Assembly: GCA_043827405.1 (NCBI GenBank)
Contig: JBDRPD010000034.1
Location: forward strand, 32,001 to 96,000
Reading direction: 5' to 3'
DNA: 64,000 nt
Origin: Elusimicrobiota bacterium
GTDB lineage: Bacteria > Elusimicrobiota > Elusimicrobia > UBA1565
Shown here: piece after piece, positions 48,416 to 57,914 of the stretch
Layout of the letters: every line of letters starts with the position of its first letter
Numbering within the stretch: the first letter of the stretch is position 1
Position numbers and translations under genes: made by a program
The notes under the pieces: model-generated
The model's input: only the letters and a program-made list of their open reading frames with translations
What the model was told of the DNA's origin: nothing
Databases searched by the model: none

Positions 48416-49359
48416 CGCTCTTTTTCCAGTTCCGCGAGCATGCTCCGGGCGGTCTTCGCGAGGAACGGGCTTGAATGGGAGGCCGCGGCGGCGGCCCGCA
48501 GGTCGACGCGCGCCTGGTCGTGGTTTCCGCGCCGGAGCGCGACGGAGGCGCGCAGCCAGCGGGCCAGCGGGGATGACGGCTTGGCCGCCAGAACGCTTTG
48601 CGCGATGTCCAGCGTCTCGTCCAGGCGCGCGTCCTCGAGGAGCCAGAGGGCTTTCTCCAGGAGCAGGTCGATCCGGTCGGGGGCGGCGGCGATGGCGTTT
48701 GTCAGGTTGATGTAGGCGGTCTCATGGTGCCCGCGGCGCCGTTCGATGCGCGCCAAGGCTGTTCGTGAATCGATGTGGCTTAGAAGTTCGAGCGAGGAGA
48801 GGATGGCCCGGGAAGCCTCGTCGAGCCGTCCCGCATCCGCCAGCGTCTGCGCGTAGCTCCGCCAGACATGCGGATTGTCGCCCCACTGCTGCAGGGTTTT
48901 TTCGTAATGTTCGACGGCCTTGGAGAGGTAGCCTTGGCTGCGGTAAATCTCGGCGATGCCCAGGTGCCCGCCGGCGTTGTTGGGGTGTATCGCTAGGATG
49001 CGAAGGTAGTAGGGGCGGGCCTGGCCGGGCAGCCCGGCATAGCGCAGCATCTCGGCGAGGTCCGACAGCAGATTCAGGTCCTTGGGATAGATGCCGGCTC
49101 CCAATTGGTAGATCTGCAGCGCCTTGGCCGGCTTGTTCGTAAGCTCATAGCATTTACCCAGCAGGTGATAGGCTTCCGCGCGGCGCCAGCGAGGAAGCTC
49201 GGAGATTTTGGACTCGGGCAGCTGGGCCAAAACCTTTTCATATGCCCGGGCCGTGAAATGGGCGCGGACGGGATTTAACGGGTCATGCCCGCGCAGCGCC
49301 TGCAGGCCCGCGCATCCGGTCAGCGCGCACAGGCAGGCGGCGAGGAGCGTTCGCTTCAT
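48412..49359 (-). CDS. TPR-repeat lipoprotein
   Basis: MKRTLLAACLCALTGC lipobox; repeated TPR helices (AYHLLGKCYE, HPNNAGGHLGIAEIY). Confidence 0.85.
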   Translation of the reverse strand: MKRTLLAACLCALTGCAGLQALRGHDPLNPVRAHFTARAYEKVLAQLPESKISELPRWRRAEAYHLLGKCYELTNKPAKALQIYQLGAGIYPKDLNLLSDLAEMLRYAGLPGQARPYYLRILAIHPNNAGGHLGIAEIYRSQGYLSKAVEHYEKTLQQWGDNPHVWRSYAQTLADAGRLDEASRAILSSLELLSHIDSRTALARIERRRGHHETAYINLTNAIAAAPDRIDLLLEKALWLLEDARLDETLDIAQSVLAAKPSSPLARWLRASVALRRGNHDQARVDLRAAAAASHSSPFLAKTARSMLAELEKER

Positions 49360-50318
49360 GGCGTCTTGTTCCATTTTTTCCACAGCCGGGGCAGCGTGAA
49401 CAGGATGAGGCTCTCTTGGGCGCCGCGCAGCTTGCCGGCCGCCGCGGACATCCCTTTTTCCATAGCCGTCTGCGCCTGCGCGACATCGTAATAGCGGATA
49501 TCGCCCACGTTGGGCTCGATAACCACATGTGCCGTTTTTCGCTGTTCCCGCGACAGGAGCGTCCCGCGGATATCGAAGATTTGCACCAAAGTGGACAGCA
49601 CGTTGTCGGGATGGGCTTTGGTGAAGTCTCCCTCGGTGACGCTGGCGATGATCCATTCGGCGCCGAGCAGTTTAGCAGCGTCGACGGGGATGTAATCCAC
49701 TACGCCGCCGTCCACCAGGTAGCGATGGCGGTAGTGGACGGGACGGAACAGGCCGGGCATGCTCCAGCTCGCCCGGACGGCGGGAGCCAGCGGGCCTTCG
49801 CGGAAAATAATCTTCTCGCCGGTGCGCAGGTCCATCGCCACGCAGGCAAAGGGCTTGATGGTCTGATCGAATCGCATATCGCCGAGCTGCCGGCGCATAA
49901 GCTCTTCAAACTTCTCGTTTGAGAGCAGGCTGTCGCTGAGCATGAGCTGCAGCAGCCGGATCTTGCTGAGGTTGCTGCCGGAGCCCAGGGTTAGGTTGTT
50001 GGGGAAGTTCAGCATGGAGTCCATGTCCATGCCGGCGGCGTAAAAGGAGCCGACGACCGCGCCCATCGAGGTCCCGGCCACAACGTCGATCGGAAACCCC
50101 GCGTTTTCGAGGACCTGGATGACGCCGACGTGAGCAACGCCGCGGACGGCGCCGGCCGACAGCACGAGACCGACTTTGGGGCGCTCCGTTTGCGGCATGG
50201 CGCGGACCTGGCGCCAGAGGTGCTCGCGCAGCAGCGTGTCGGCCTGCTCGCCGGACATCGCAGAGGCCGGTAGTGCGCCGAGGCCGAGGCAGGCGAGCAG
50301 GATGAGCGGCGCGCGCAT
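49356..50318 (-). CDS. Exported patatin-like phospholipase
   Basis: Signal peptide; LSAGAVRGVAH, GTSMG, VRAS..PG.F.P, LVDGG. Confidence 0.9.
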   Translation of the reverse strand: MRAPLILLACLGLGALPASAMSGEQADTLLREHLWRQVRAMPQTERPKVGLVLSAGAVRGVAHVGVIQVLENAGFPIDVVAGTSMGAVVGSFYAAGMDMDSMLNFPNNLTLGSGSNLSKIRLLQLMLSDSLLSNEKFEELMRRQLGDMRFDQTIKPFACVAMDLRTGEKIIFREGPLAPAVRASWSMPGLFRPVHYRHRYLVDGGVVDYIPVDAAKLLGAEWIIASVTEGDFTKAHPDNVLSTLVQIFDIRGTLLSREQRKTAHVVIEPNVGDIRYYDVAQAQTAMEKGMSAAAGKLRGAQESLILFTLPRLWKKWNKTP

Positions 50319-50320
50319 CG

Positions 50321-51595
50321 TCAGCGCACGTCGAGCGCCCGGCCCACGGCGCGCTCGAGCTGCGCGCGCGCGAGCAGGTGCGCGGTTATCGCTTCCAGAT
50401 GGCGCCGGCCGGCGCGCAGCACTCCGGCCGCGGCGCGCAGGACTTCGGCCGGCCGTGCGTTCTGCCCCTGGGCTTCTTCCAGCAGCGCCAGGAGGTCCTG
50501 GCTCTCCTGCTCGCGGAGGCGCCACTCACGCTGCCAGTACTGGAGCGCCCGGTGCGCCTTGTGGACGTCCAGATGTACGAGGTCGCGCAGTTCGGAACGG
50601 GTGATTTCCGCCTGGCGCTGCTCGGCGACTTTCTGGTTGTGTTTGGTCCAGAAGTCGAAGGAAAACGGCAGCCGTATCCCCAGGGTGGCGTCCCAGTTGT
50701 TCTGCCGGAGCGGAAACTCCTGGCCGGTGACCTCGTAATCAAAGCCGAGAAAGACGGTCGGGTAGCGGCGGCTGAGCGCGAGATTGACGCCGATCGCGTC
50801 CATCTCCGCGCGCAGCGTCTGCGACTGCAGCTCGGGGCGCAGTTCCGTGGCCCAGACCAGGGCCCGGCGCAGGTCGACCTGGACCGGCTGGGTCTCCAGC
50901 TCGCCGTCGACGCGCACCGCCCGGTCAAGCTCGAAGTTCAGCGCCTTGAGGAACTTCAGCCGGGCCAGCTCGAGATGGTGCAGCGCCTCCTCCCGCAGCG
51001 AGCGCAGTTCCGAGGTTAGAGCCGCCGCTTCCACCTTCTCCCAGGCGTTCGCGGACGCCCGCCCCGCGTTCGCGCGCGTCACCTTCAGGGTTTTGTCCAC
51101 CGCCGTCAGGGTCTTTTGCGCCAATAGCAGCCGATAGTACGCCTCTTTCGCGCGGTATTCCACGTCCAGCTTGACGGTGTCGAACTGGCTGCGCGCCTGC
51201 CGCAGGGCGGTTTGCGCCAGCCGCAGGGTGTTGATGTCGCGGCGGCCTTCGTAAAGCGAGAACAGGGCGTAGCCCTGGCCGGAATACAGGTAGTCCTTAT
51301 CGGACGGGAACAGCAGGGTGGAGCGCGGGCCGAAGCCGAGCGCGAACGGCCGGCGCGCGTTGAAGCGCGTCGTCGTCGCCTGCAGGCCGACTTCCGGCAG
51401 AAACCGCAGCTTGGCCTCCAGGACGCGCTCCTCGGCGATGGCGATGTCCTTCGCGGACTTTTGGATGCCGGCGCTGTTGTCGAGCGCGGATTTTACCGCG
51501 CGCTCGAGGGAGTAGGTTTCCGCGGGAGGCTCGGCGGCGGCGAACACCGCCGCTCCGGCGAGCAGGAATGTCAGTGTCGATGCGGTGCGAAGCAT
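50321..51595 (-). CDS. TolC-family outer membrane channel
   Basis: Signal peptide; LE.AV..AL.N, two-repeat helix/strand pattern (FLPEV..., YPTV..., LRLPF), A.A.LE.AVG C-terminus. Confidence 0.85.
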   Translation of the reverse strand: MLRTASTLTFLLAGAAVFAAAEPPAETYSLERAVKSALDNSAGIQKSAKDIAIAEERVLEAKLRFLPEVGLQATTTRFNARRPFALGFGPRSTLLFPSDKDYLYSGQGYALFSLYEGRRDINTLRLAQTALRQARSQFDTVKLDVEYRAKEAYYRLLLAQKTLTAVDKTLKVTRANAGRASANAWEKVEAAALTSELRSLREEALHHLELARLKFLKALNFELDRAVRVDGELETQPVQVDLRRALVWATELRPELQSQTLRAEMDAIGVNLALSRRYPTVFLGFDYEVTGQEFPLRQNNWDATLGIRLPFSFDFWTKHNQKVAEQRQAEITRSELRDLVHLDVHKAHRALQYWQREWRLREQESQDLLALLEEAQGQNARPAEVLRAAAGVLRAGRRHLEAITAHLLARAQLERAVGRALDVR

Positions 51596-51614
51596 GCTGT
51601 GGCCGCGCCTCAGA

Positions 51615-52193
51615 TCAGACCTTGAAGCTGCGTGTGATGTGGTGCAGCTCCTCCCGCAGGGATTTTAGATCGTCGCGCAGATGGTCGATCTCCGTCTCCG
51701 CGGGGGTGTCCGGCAGATTTTTCAGGGTTTCATCCAGGCGCGCGGTCAGGTGTTCGACCAGCGACCGGTCTTTCTGCACCAGGCGCTGGAGGTTGACGAT
51801 CATGGCGTTGACTTCGTCCTGCAGCTCCATGAGATCGTCGCCCGTTCTCAAGGCTACGCGGTGCGTCAGGTCGCCGGTGGAAAGAACCTGCGCCGAGCGC
51901 TCAAAGCGGTAGATCGGTCCGGCGAAGCGGTGCGACACGAACATGGAGACGAGGAACATGATTCCCATGAAGATGATCATCTTGACCATGTCCATGCGGA
52001 TGACCTGGCTCAGTATCGGCATCAGCGAGGGGTCGTTCTCCTCGATAAAGCGGAACATCGTCAGATAGCTGCCGATGCCGACGATCAGCGCGGTGAACGC
52101 CACGGCGGCGAACACGATCGCGGCATACTTCAGCTGCAGCCCGCGCTTGACCAGGACGGTCCGGCGCTGAAAACGCTGAGTCGGCTCGCCCAT
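51615..52193 (-). CDS. Two-TM HAMP-domain protein with coiled-coil tail
   Basis: Two TM helices, SHRFAGPIYRF...GDLT.RV.LR.GDD..EL...VN.M; no output domain. Confidence 0.82.
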   Translation of the reverse strand: MGEPTQRFQRRTVLVKRGLQLKYAAIVFAAVAFTALIVGIGSYLTMFRFIEENDPSLMPILSQVIRMDMVKMIIFMGIMFLVSMFVSHRFAGPIYRFERSAQVLSTGDLTHRVALRTGDDLMELQDEVNAMIVNLQRLVQKDRSLVEHLTARLDETLKNLPDTPAETEIDHLRDDLKSLREELHHITRSFKV

Positions 52194-52981
52194 TAGAAGC
52201 TCCCCGTGTACTTGAACTGAACAATGCGCTCCGGTCCGCGCACGGTGCCGTCCGTGTACTTACCGCCCATGCCGATGCCGCGCAGCGCGAAATCGAAGTG
52301 GAAGTTCGGGATCAGGTAGAAGCGCATGCCGATGTTGAGCCGGCTGTCCAGAAAATTATTAATATTGTCCCATTCGATCATCGGCATGACCCGGTCCTGC
52401 ACGTTGTAGTTCGCGGCGAGGATGCCGCCGAGGTCGTTGGAGTCGAAATCCGAGACGTACATGCCCGCGTGCGCCATTAGGCCGGGCAGGCCGATCTCCT
52501 GGGAGCCGATGAAGTACAGCCCATGCTGCCGCTGGTTGTAGCGTTTGTCGCCGCGGTTGTGGAGATAGCCCTGGCTGTCGAAGCCGACGGCGAGGGCGGG
52601 GATGATGCGGTCGCCGTCGAAAGCGCGGATCTTGAACTGCAGTTCGGGCCGGGTGATGCGGACCGGCGGACGGCTGCCGATGAGGCCGTCGACGTTGGCG
52701 GACACGCCGAGATTAACGCGCGGGTAGACGCCGAAGTTGAGGAATTCCACTACGCCGCCGTTGGAGAAGAAGCGGGTGCGCGAAGAAAAACCGCTATGGT
52801 CGGCGACGCCGGCGGTCGGTACGTCGATCAATAGGGTGTCGGGCAGCAGCAGTCCGGTGTGGGTGCGGCCTGCGGGTTCCGGCGGTGCGCCGCTGACCGG
52901 GTCGGCGCCTTGGGCGAAGACGCCCGCCGGGAGAGGCAGGAGTGCGGCGGCAAGGGCCAGGTTGAGCGTTATGCGCATCAT
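52193..52981 (-). CDS. YjbH-like outer-membrane beta-barrel protein
   Basis: Signal peptide, LIDVPTA, alternating beta strands, PALAVG, terminal Phe (FKYTGSF). Confidence 0.6.
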   Translation of the reverse strand: MMRITLNLALAAALLPLPAGVFAQGADPVSGAPPEPAGRTHTGLLLPDTLLIDVPTAGVADHSGFSSRTRFFSNGGVVEFLNFGVYPRVNLGVSANVDGLIGSRPPVRITRPELQFKIRAFDGDRIIPALAVGFDSQGYLHNRGDKRYNQRQHGLYFIGSQEIGLPGLMAHAGMYVSDFDSNDLGGILAANYNVQDRVMPMIEWDNINNFLDSRLNIGMRFYLIPNFHFDFALRGIGMGGKYTDGTVRGPERIVQFKYTGSF

Positions 52982-53991
52982 TGTTTCTTCTCCGGTTTCT
53001 TCGTCGCGGAATCTTCGCGGCTGTGCCGGCGCTCGAGGAAGGAGATCGACGACTCGATAACCTTTAGCGTCGCGGCGTCCTTTTCTGTTTTTGCCGCCTT
53101 GCGCAGGGCGTCGAGAGCCTGGTCCATGCCGCCGGATTCTCCGAGAATCTGGGCGGCCTGCCGGCGGAACTGGCGCTCCGGATGCCGCAGCGATTCGATC
53201 ACGGGCGGCAGCCATTGCGCGCCGCCCAAGGACGCCAGGAGCGCGGCGGCCTCGAGCCGTATGCGGTGATCGGGGTCTTTCAGCAGCGGAAGGAAGGCGT
53301 CTTTGCGCTTTGGCCCGCTGACGCGGCGAAGGGCGCGGATCGCTTCCAGCCGCACGTAGTCGTCCTGATCGGTGAGCGCTTGGTGCAGCGGTCCCAGGGA
53401 GCGGGCGGCGGATATTTGTCCCAGCGCGGCGGCGGCCGACCGCCGCATCTTAGCGGAGGGATCACGCAGCAGCGCCTCAAGGTCTGCGGCCGCGGCGGCG
53501 ACGCGCAGCTGGCCGAGCGCGCTGATGGCGGCGAAGCGCACGCTCAGCGCGTCGTCTTTGAGCGCCGTTATCAGCGTGTTGACCGCGGCCGGGTCCCCGA
53601 TCGCGCCAAGGGCTCCCGCGGCCTGCTGCCGGACGGCGGGATGCTTGTCCGCCTCCGTCATTTTCCGCAGGCGCGCAACGGCTTCGCGCGTCCTTTGGCG
53701 TCCCAGCGCGTTGGCGGCCGCGCTGCGGACCTCGGGCGCTTTATCCTCAAGGGCGTTGAGCAGCAGCGGTATGACGCGCGGATCGCGCATCCGGCGCAGT
53801 TCCGTTATGCTTTGACGGCGGACAAGGGGGTCTTCGTTTCGCAGCTGCTCGGCGGCAACAGTGAAGGGGTCCTTTTTCTCTTCCACGGCCGGGATCGGAT
53901 CCGCGGGTTCCGCGCCGTACAGAGGGCTCGTGCCCGCCAGGAATACGGCGCTTAAAAGCAGCTTCAGCAAACGTGAATGGGTATGCAGCAT
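52978..53991 (-). CDS. Exported HEAT-repeat protein
   Basis: Signal peptide followed by about 8 repeats of L.D....VR..AA.ALG. Confidence 0.9.
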   Translation of the reverse strand: MLHTHSRLLKLLLSAVFLAGTSPLYGAEPADPIPAVEEKKDPFTVAAEQLRNEDPLVRRQSITELRRMRDPRVIPLLLNALEDKAPEVRSAAANALGRQRTREAVARLRKMTEADKHPAVRQQAAGALGAIGDPAAVNTLITALKDDALSVRFAAISALGQLRVAAAAADLEALLRDPSAKMRRSAAAALGQISAARSLGPLHQALTDQDDYVRLEAIRALRRVSGPKRKDAFLPLLKDPDHRIRLEAAALLASLGGAQWLPPVIESLRHPERQFRRQAAQILGESGGMDQALDALRKAAKTEKDAATLKVIESSISFLERRHSREDSATKKPEKKQ

Positions 53992-53997
53992 GGGTCG

Positions 53998-54003
53998 ATT
54001 ATA
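53998..54003 (-). promoter_or_regulatory. -10 box for a probably leaderless transcript
   Basis: Minus strand reads TATAAT CGACCC ATG; 6-nt spacer, AT-rich upstream. Confidence 0.6.
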
Positions 54004-54013
54004 TAATTCTAAT

Positions 54014-54391
54014 TTAGGTTTTTTCGAATATTTCTTGGATTCTCTTATGCAGTTCGGCCATGCCGAAGGGCTTTTGCAGGACCGATATCGCGCCGCTCAT
54101 GATGGCGATCCCATGCTCGCGCTGGGTGTCGCGGCTGGTCATGATCATAATGCGCGGCGCGTTGGCTCCCAACTTGTTGGAGACTTCGGAGGCGACGTGG
54201 TAGCCGTCGATGTAGGGCATCATGACGTCGAGCAGGACGAGGTCGAACGGCTCTTTGACCGCCAGCTCAAGCGCGTCCTTGCCGTTGGCGGCGGTACGCA
54301 CCTCGTAGTCCTGGAAGGTGAGGTCCATTTTTAGAAGCTCCAGCAGATCCGGATCGTCGTCTGCCACTAGGATGCGCTTTCGATCTGCCAT
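54014..54391 (-). CDS. Single-domain response regulator (receiver)
   Basis: ILVADDD, LLDVMMP.IDG, IMTS, QKPF; overlaps the dnaE 3' end by 25 nt. Confidence 0.92.
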   Translation of the reverse strand: MADRKRILVADDDPDLLELLKMDLTFQDYEVRTAANGKDALELAVKEPFDLVLLDVMMPYIDGYHVASEVSNKLGANAPRIMIMTSRDTQREHGIAIMSGAISVLQKPFGMAELHKRIQEIFEKT

Positions 54392-57300
54392 GACTTGTCT
54401 CCCAGAAGTTTGGATAAATGTTCGAATAAGGAATCACGAAGGTCCACCCGCTCCTCGATCTCAATGAGCGTGTGCTCGTCGGTCGCGGACTCGATGCGCA
54501 GCCGCACCGGGATATGGCCGGGATATTGGTGCAGCAGGCGCTTGAGATCCTCGAGGAGCCTGTCCTCCATCCCGGCGGACGAGAACCTTAGCGTGAGGGA
54601 TTTCGCGTAACGGTTGACGGCCTTGTCCATGGGGATGATGTCTTCGACGAATAGTTCGGGCTTCTGCGGCTCGCTGTCGTCGCCGCGGAAGTTGGTCGGA
54701 AATGAAAGGCGTCCCAAGACCGTGACGACGGTGTCGGATTTCAGCTGCTGGCCGAGCCCGGAGGCGTAGGCTTTGGGAAAAACGATGAGGTTGATCTCTC
54801 CGGTCAGATCCTCCAGGACCGCGCGTCCCATCGGGTCGCCCTTGCGGGTAACGATGCGTTTGACCTGGTTGAGAAAACCGGCCAGCCGGACCTCCTTGGG
54901 GGAGTCCTCATTGAGCGCATCGATCGTATGGGTAGAGGTGAAGCCCAGGCGGTCCTTGAAGTGAACCAGCGGATGCCCCGAGAAGTAGAAGCCGAGGACT
55001 TCACGTTCCGCCTTGAGCAGGTCATGCTCATGCCACGGCGCGGCACTTTCCGCGCGGTCCTCCTCGGCGCTCGCGGCGCGCGCCACGGGGATATCCGTTC
55101 CGAACAGCAGCCCTTGGCCGCGCGCGAGGTCTTCCTTGATGCGCGACTGCCGCCCCATGGTGTCTTCGAGGGTGTGCATAAGGCGGGCACGGGCGGTCTC
55201 GATCGGCAGGCCCTGCATCAGCGAGTCCATGGCGCCCGCCTTGACCAGCGATTCCAGCGTCTTCTTGTTGGCGGCGCGCAGGTCGACGCGGCGGCAGAAT
55301 TCGTCGAGCGAGTCGAAGGGTTTCTCGCGGCGCGCCTCAACGATCGCCTCCGCGGCGCCCTGCCCGACGTTCTTTACCGCCGTCAGCCCAAAACGGATCG
55401 CTTTGCCTTCGATCGAAAAAATGGTTTCGGAGTTCTGGACATCCGGAGACAGGATTTTGATGTCGAAGTGCTTGGCGTCGTCAAGGTAGGTCGCCAGCTT
55501 GTTCTCCTTGCCTTCGACGGCGATGGCGCTGTGGCCGATTTCCGAGGTCAGGAGGGCGGTGAAGAACTCCAGCGGATAGTTGGCCTTAAGGTAGGCCGTC
55601 TGGTAGGAGACGGTCCCGTAGGCGACGGTATGCGATTTATTGAAGCCGTAGCCGGCGAACTTCAGAATCTGCTCGAAAATCTTGTTGGCGATATTATCCG
55701 CGATGTCATTCTTTTTGCAGCCCGCCAGGAAAATCCCGCGCTGCTCCTCAAGGAGCGCCTCATTTTTCTTGCCCATGGCCTTGCGGAAGACGTCGGCCTG
55801 TCCCGGCGTGAAGTTGGCCAGACTTTTGGATATCTCCATGACCTGTTCCTGATAGACCATGCAGCCGTAGGTGGGCTGGAGTATCGGCTCAAGCAGGGGG
55901 TGGTCGTAGCGCACCCGCTTGCCGTGCTTGCGGTCGACGAACAGGTCGAGCATGCCGCCCTTCATCGGCCCGGGGCGGTAGAGCGCGATGCAGGCCGAGA
56001 TGTCGTCAAACGATGTCGGCTTGAGGCTGCGCAGCAGTTCGCGCATGCCTTCCGAATCCAGCTGGAACACGCCGAGCGCTCGTCCCGACTGCAGCAGCTC
56101 GTAGACCTTTTTGTCATCGAACGGCAGGTCGTGGATATCGAAGTCTTTATCCCGGCGCGCGTGGATGAGCTTAACCGCTTCGTCGATAACCGACAGGTTG
56201 CGCAGACCCAGGAAGTCCATCTTGAGAAGCCCGAGGTTGGGCAGGACGTCGCCGTCGTATTGTGTGGTGACGACATCCGAGTTCGCGCCCTTGGCCAGCG
56301 GCGCGTAGCGCACGACCGGCTCCTTGGTGATGACTACGGCGGCGGCGTGGACGCCGGTATGGCGCTTGAGGCCTTCAAGTTTCTGTGCGAGGTTGAGCAG
56401 TTTCTTAATCTGCGGGTCCTTGGCCGCTTCCTGGAGGTCGGGCACCGTATTGAGCGCCTGATGGATGGTGTTGGCGAACGGGATGAGCTTGGCGACGCGG
56501 TCGACGTCGCTTAAGGGGACGTCCATGACGCGTCCGACGTCGCGGATGGCCAGGCGCGCCTTGAGCGAGCCGAAAGTGATGATCTGCGCGACATGGTCCG
56601 CGCCGTACTTTTGGCGCACGTACTCTATGACCTTGTCGCGTCCGCGGTCGGAAAAGTCGATATCCAGGTCGGGCATCGAAACCCGGTCGGGGTTGAGGAA
56701 CCGCTCGAAGAGCAGCTTGTGCTTGATCGGGTCGACCGCCGTGATGCCGAGCGCGTAGCAGACGACGGCGCCCGCGCCCGAGCCCCGGCCCGGTCCGACG
56801 GGGATATGCTGCTCCTTGGCCCAACGGATGAAGTCCCAGACGATCAGGAAGTAGCCCGAGTATTCCATTCGCTTAATGACGGAGAGCTCGTACTCCAGGC
56901 GGTCGGTGTAGGCCGGATCGCGGTCGCGTCCGAGGCGCACCAGGCCCGCGCGGCACAGCTCATCGAGGTAGACGTCCTGGTTTTTTCCGCCCGGCACCGG
57001 AAAGTCCGGCAGGATGGACTTGCCCATCGGAATTTCGACGTTGCACTGGTCGGCGATGCGCAGCGTGTTGGCGAGCGACTCGGGGGCAAAGTGGAAGGTC
57101 TTGGCCATTTCAGCGGCGCTCTTGAAGTAGAACTCGTTGCTTTCGAAGCGCAGGCGCTGGACGTCGGAGATCTTTTTCCCGGTGGAGATGCAGATGTGCG
57201 CGTCGTGGGCGATATGGTCGTCCGGCCGCGAATAGTGGCAGTCGTTGGTGGCGACGAGGGGGAGCTTGGTCTTCTCGTGCAGTTCCAGCAGGGCCTTTAG

Positions 57301-57888
57301 CGCGTCCTTCTGCAGGTCGATGCCGTGATCCATAATCTCCAGGTAGAAGGACCCCGGCTCCAGGATGTCGCGGTACTCCATGGCGAGCCGGAGCGCGCCC
57401 TTGACGTCGCCGGCCGTGATGCTCTGGCAGATTTCTGATTTCAGGCAGCCGGAGAGCACGATCAGCCCCTTGGCATGCTCGGCCAGCAGCTCTTTATCGA
57501 TGCGCGCATCGTAGTAGAAGCCCTCCATGAAGGCCTTGCTCGACAGCTCCATGAGGTTCTGGTAGCCCGCGAAGTTCTTGGCCAGGACGGTCAGGTGGCA
57601 GTTGTCGCGCTGGGATCCTTTGCGGTCGCGCCGCGAGCCTTTCGCCATATACATCTCGCAGCCGATAATGGGCTTGATGCCTACCTGGCGGGCTTGGGTG
57701 TAGAATTCGATGGCGCCGTACATGTTGCCGTGATCGGTCAGCGCCATGGCCTTGACGCCGTCGCGGCTGAGGCGCTCCAGCAGTTCGGAGGGATTGCCCT
57801 CGTGGTCCTTGAAGCGGTTGGTCCCGTCCAGCAGGGAATACTCGGAATGGTTGTGCAGGTGGACGAACTCGGGCTTCGTGGCGTTCAT
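54367..57888 (-). CDS. dnaE: DNA polymerase III alpha subunit
   Basis: FVHLHNHSEYSLLDG, ALTDHGNM, GPGRGSGAG, FERFLNP.R..MPDLDID, YGFNKSH, OB fold. Confidence 0.98.
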   Translation of the reverse strand: MNATKPEFVHLHNHSEYSLLDGTNRFKDHEGNPSELLERLSRDGVKAMALTDHGNMYGAIEFYTQARQVGIKPIIGCEMYMAKGSRRDRKGSQRDNCHLTVLAKNFAGYQNLMELSSKAFMEGFYYDARIDKELLAEHAKGLIVLSGCLKSEICQSITAGDVKGALRLAMEYRDILEPGSFYLEIMDHGIDLQKDALKALLELHEKTKLPLVATNDCHYSRPDDHIAHDAHICISTGKKISDVQRLRFESNEFYFKSAAEMAKTFHFAPESLANTLRIADQCNVEIPMGKSILPDFPVPGGKNQDVYLDELCRAGLVRLGRDRDPAYTDRLEYELSVIKRMEYSGYFLIVWDFIRWAKEQHIPVGPGRGSGAGAVVCYALGITAVDPIKHKLLFERFLNPDRVSMPDLDIDFSDRGRDKVIEYVRQKYGADHVAQIITFGSLKARLAIRDVGRVMDVPLSDVDRVAKLIPFANTIHQALNTVPDLQEAAKDPQIKKLLNLAQKLEGLKRHTGVHAAAVVITKEPVVRYAPLAKGANSDVVTTQYDGDVLPNLGLLKMDFLGLRNLSVIDEAVKLIHARRDKDFDIHDLPFDDKKVYELLQSGRALGVFQLDSEGMRELLRSLKPTSFDDISACIALYRPGPMKGGMLDLFVDRKHGKRVRYDHPLLEPILQPTYGCMVYQEQVMEISKSLANFTPGQADVFRKAMGKKNEALLEEQRGIFLAGCKKNDIADNIANKIFEQILKFAGYGFNKSHTVAYGTVSYQTAYLKANYPLEFFTALLTSEIGHSAIAVEGKENKLATYLDDAKHFDIKILSPDVQNSETIFSIEGKAIRFGLTAVKNVGQGAAEAIVEARREKPFDSLDEFCRRVDLRAANKKTLESLVKAGAMDSLMQGLPIETARARLMHTLEDTMGRQSRIKEDLARGQGLLFGTDIPVARAASAEEDRAESAAPWHEHDLLKAEREVLGFYFSGHPLVHFKDRLGFTSTHTIDALNEDSPKEVRLAGFLNQVKRIVTRKGDPMGRAVLEDLTGEINLIVFPKAYASGLGQQLKSDTVVTVLGRLSFPTNFRGDDSEPQKPELFVEDIIPMDKAVNRYAKSLTLRFSSAGMEDRLLEDLKRLLHQYPGHIPVRLRIESATDEHTLIEIEERVDLRDSLFEHLSKLLGDKSWQIESAS

Positions 57889-57902
57889 GCGCGGGATTCC
57901 GC

Positions 57903-57909
57903 TATAATG
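57903..57909. promoter_or_regulatory. Overlapping (bidirectional) -10 boxes between dnaE and the Nudix gene
   Basis: Plus-strand TATAAT 57903-57908, 6 nt before GTG 57915; minus-strand CATTAT 57909-57904; the intergenic gap is only 26 bp. Confidence 0.5.
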
Positions 57910-57914
57910 CGGGC

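Noticed and set aside
54367..57888. Intein or split in dnaE
   Set aside because: Length (1173 aa) and motif order are normal; no intein signature.
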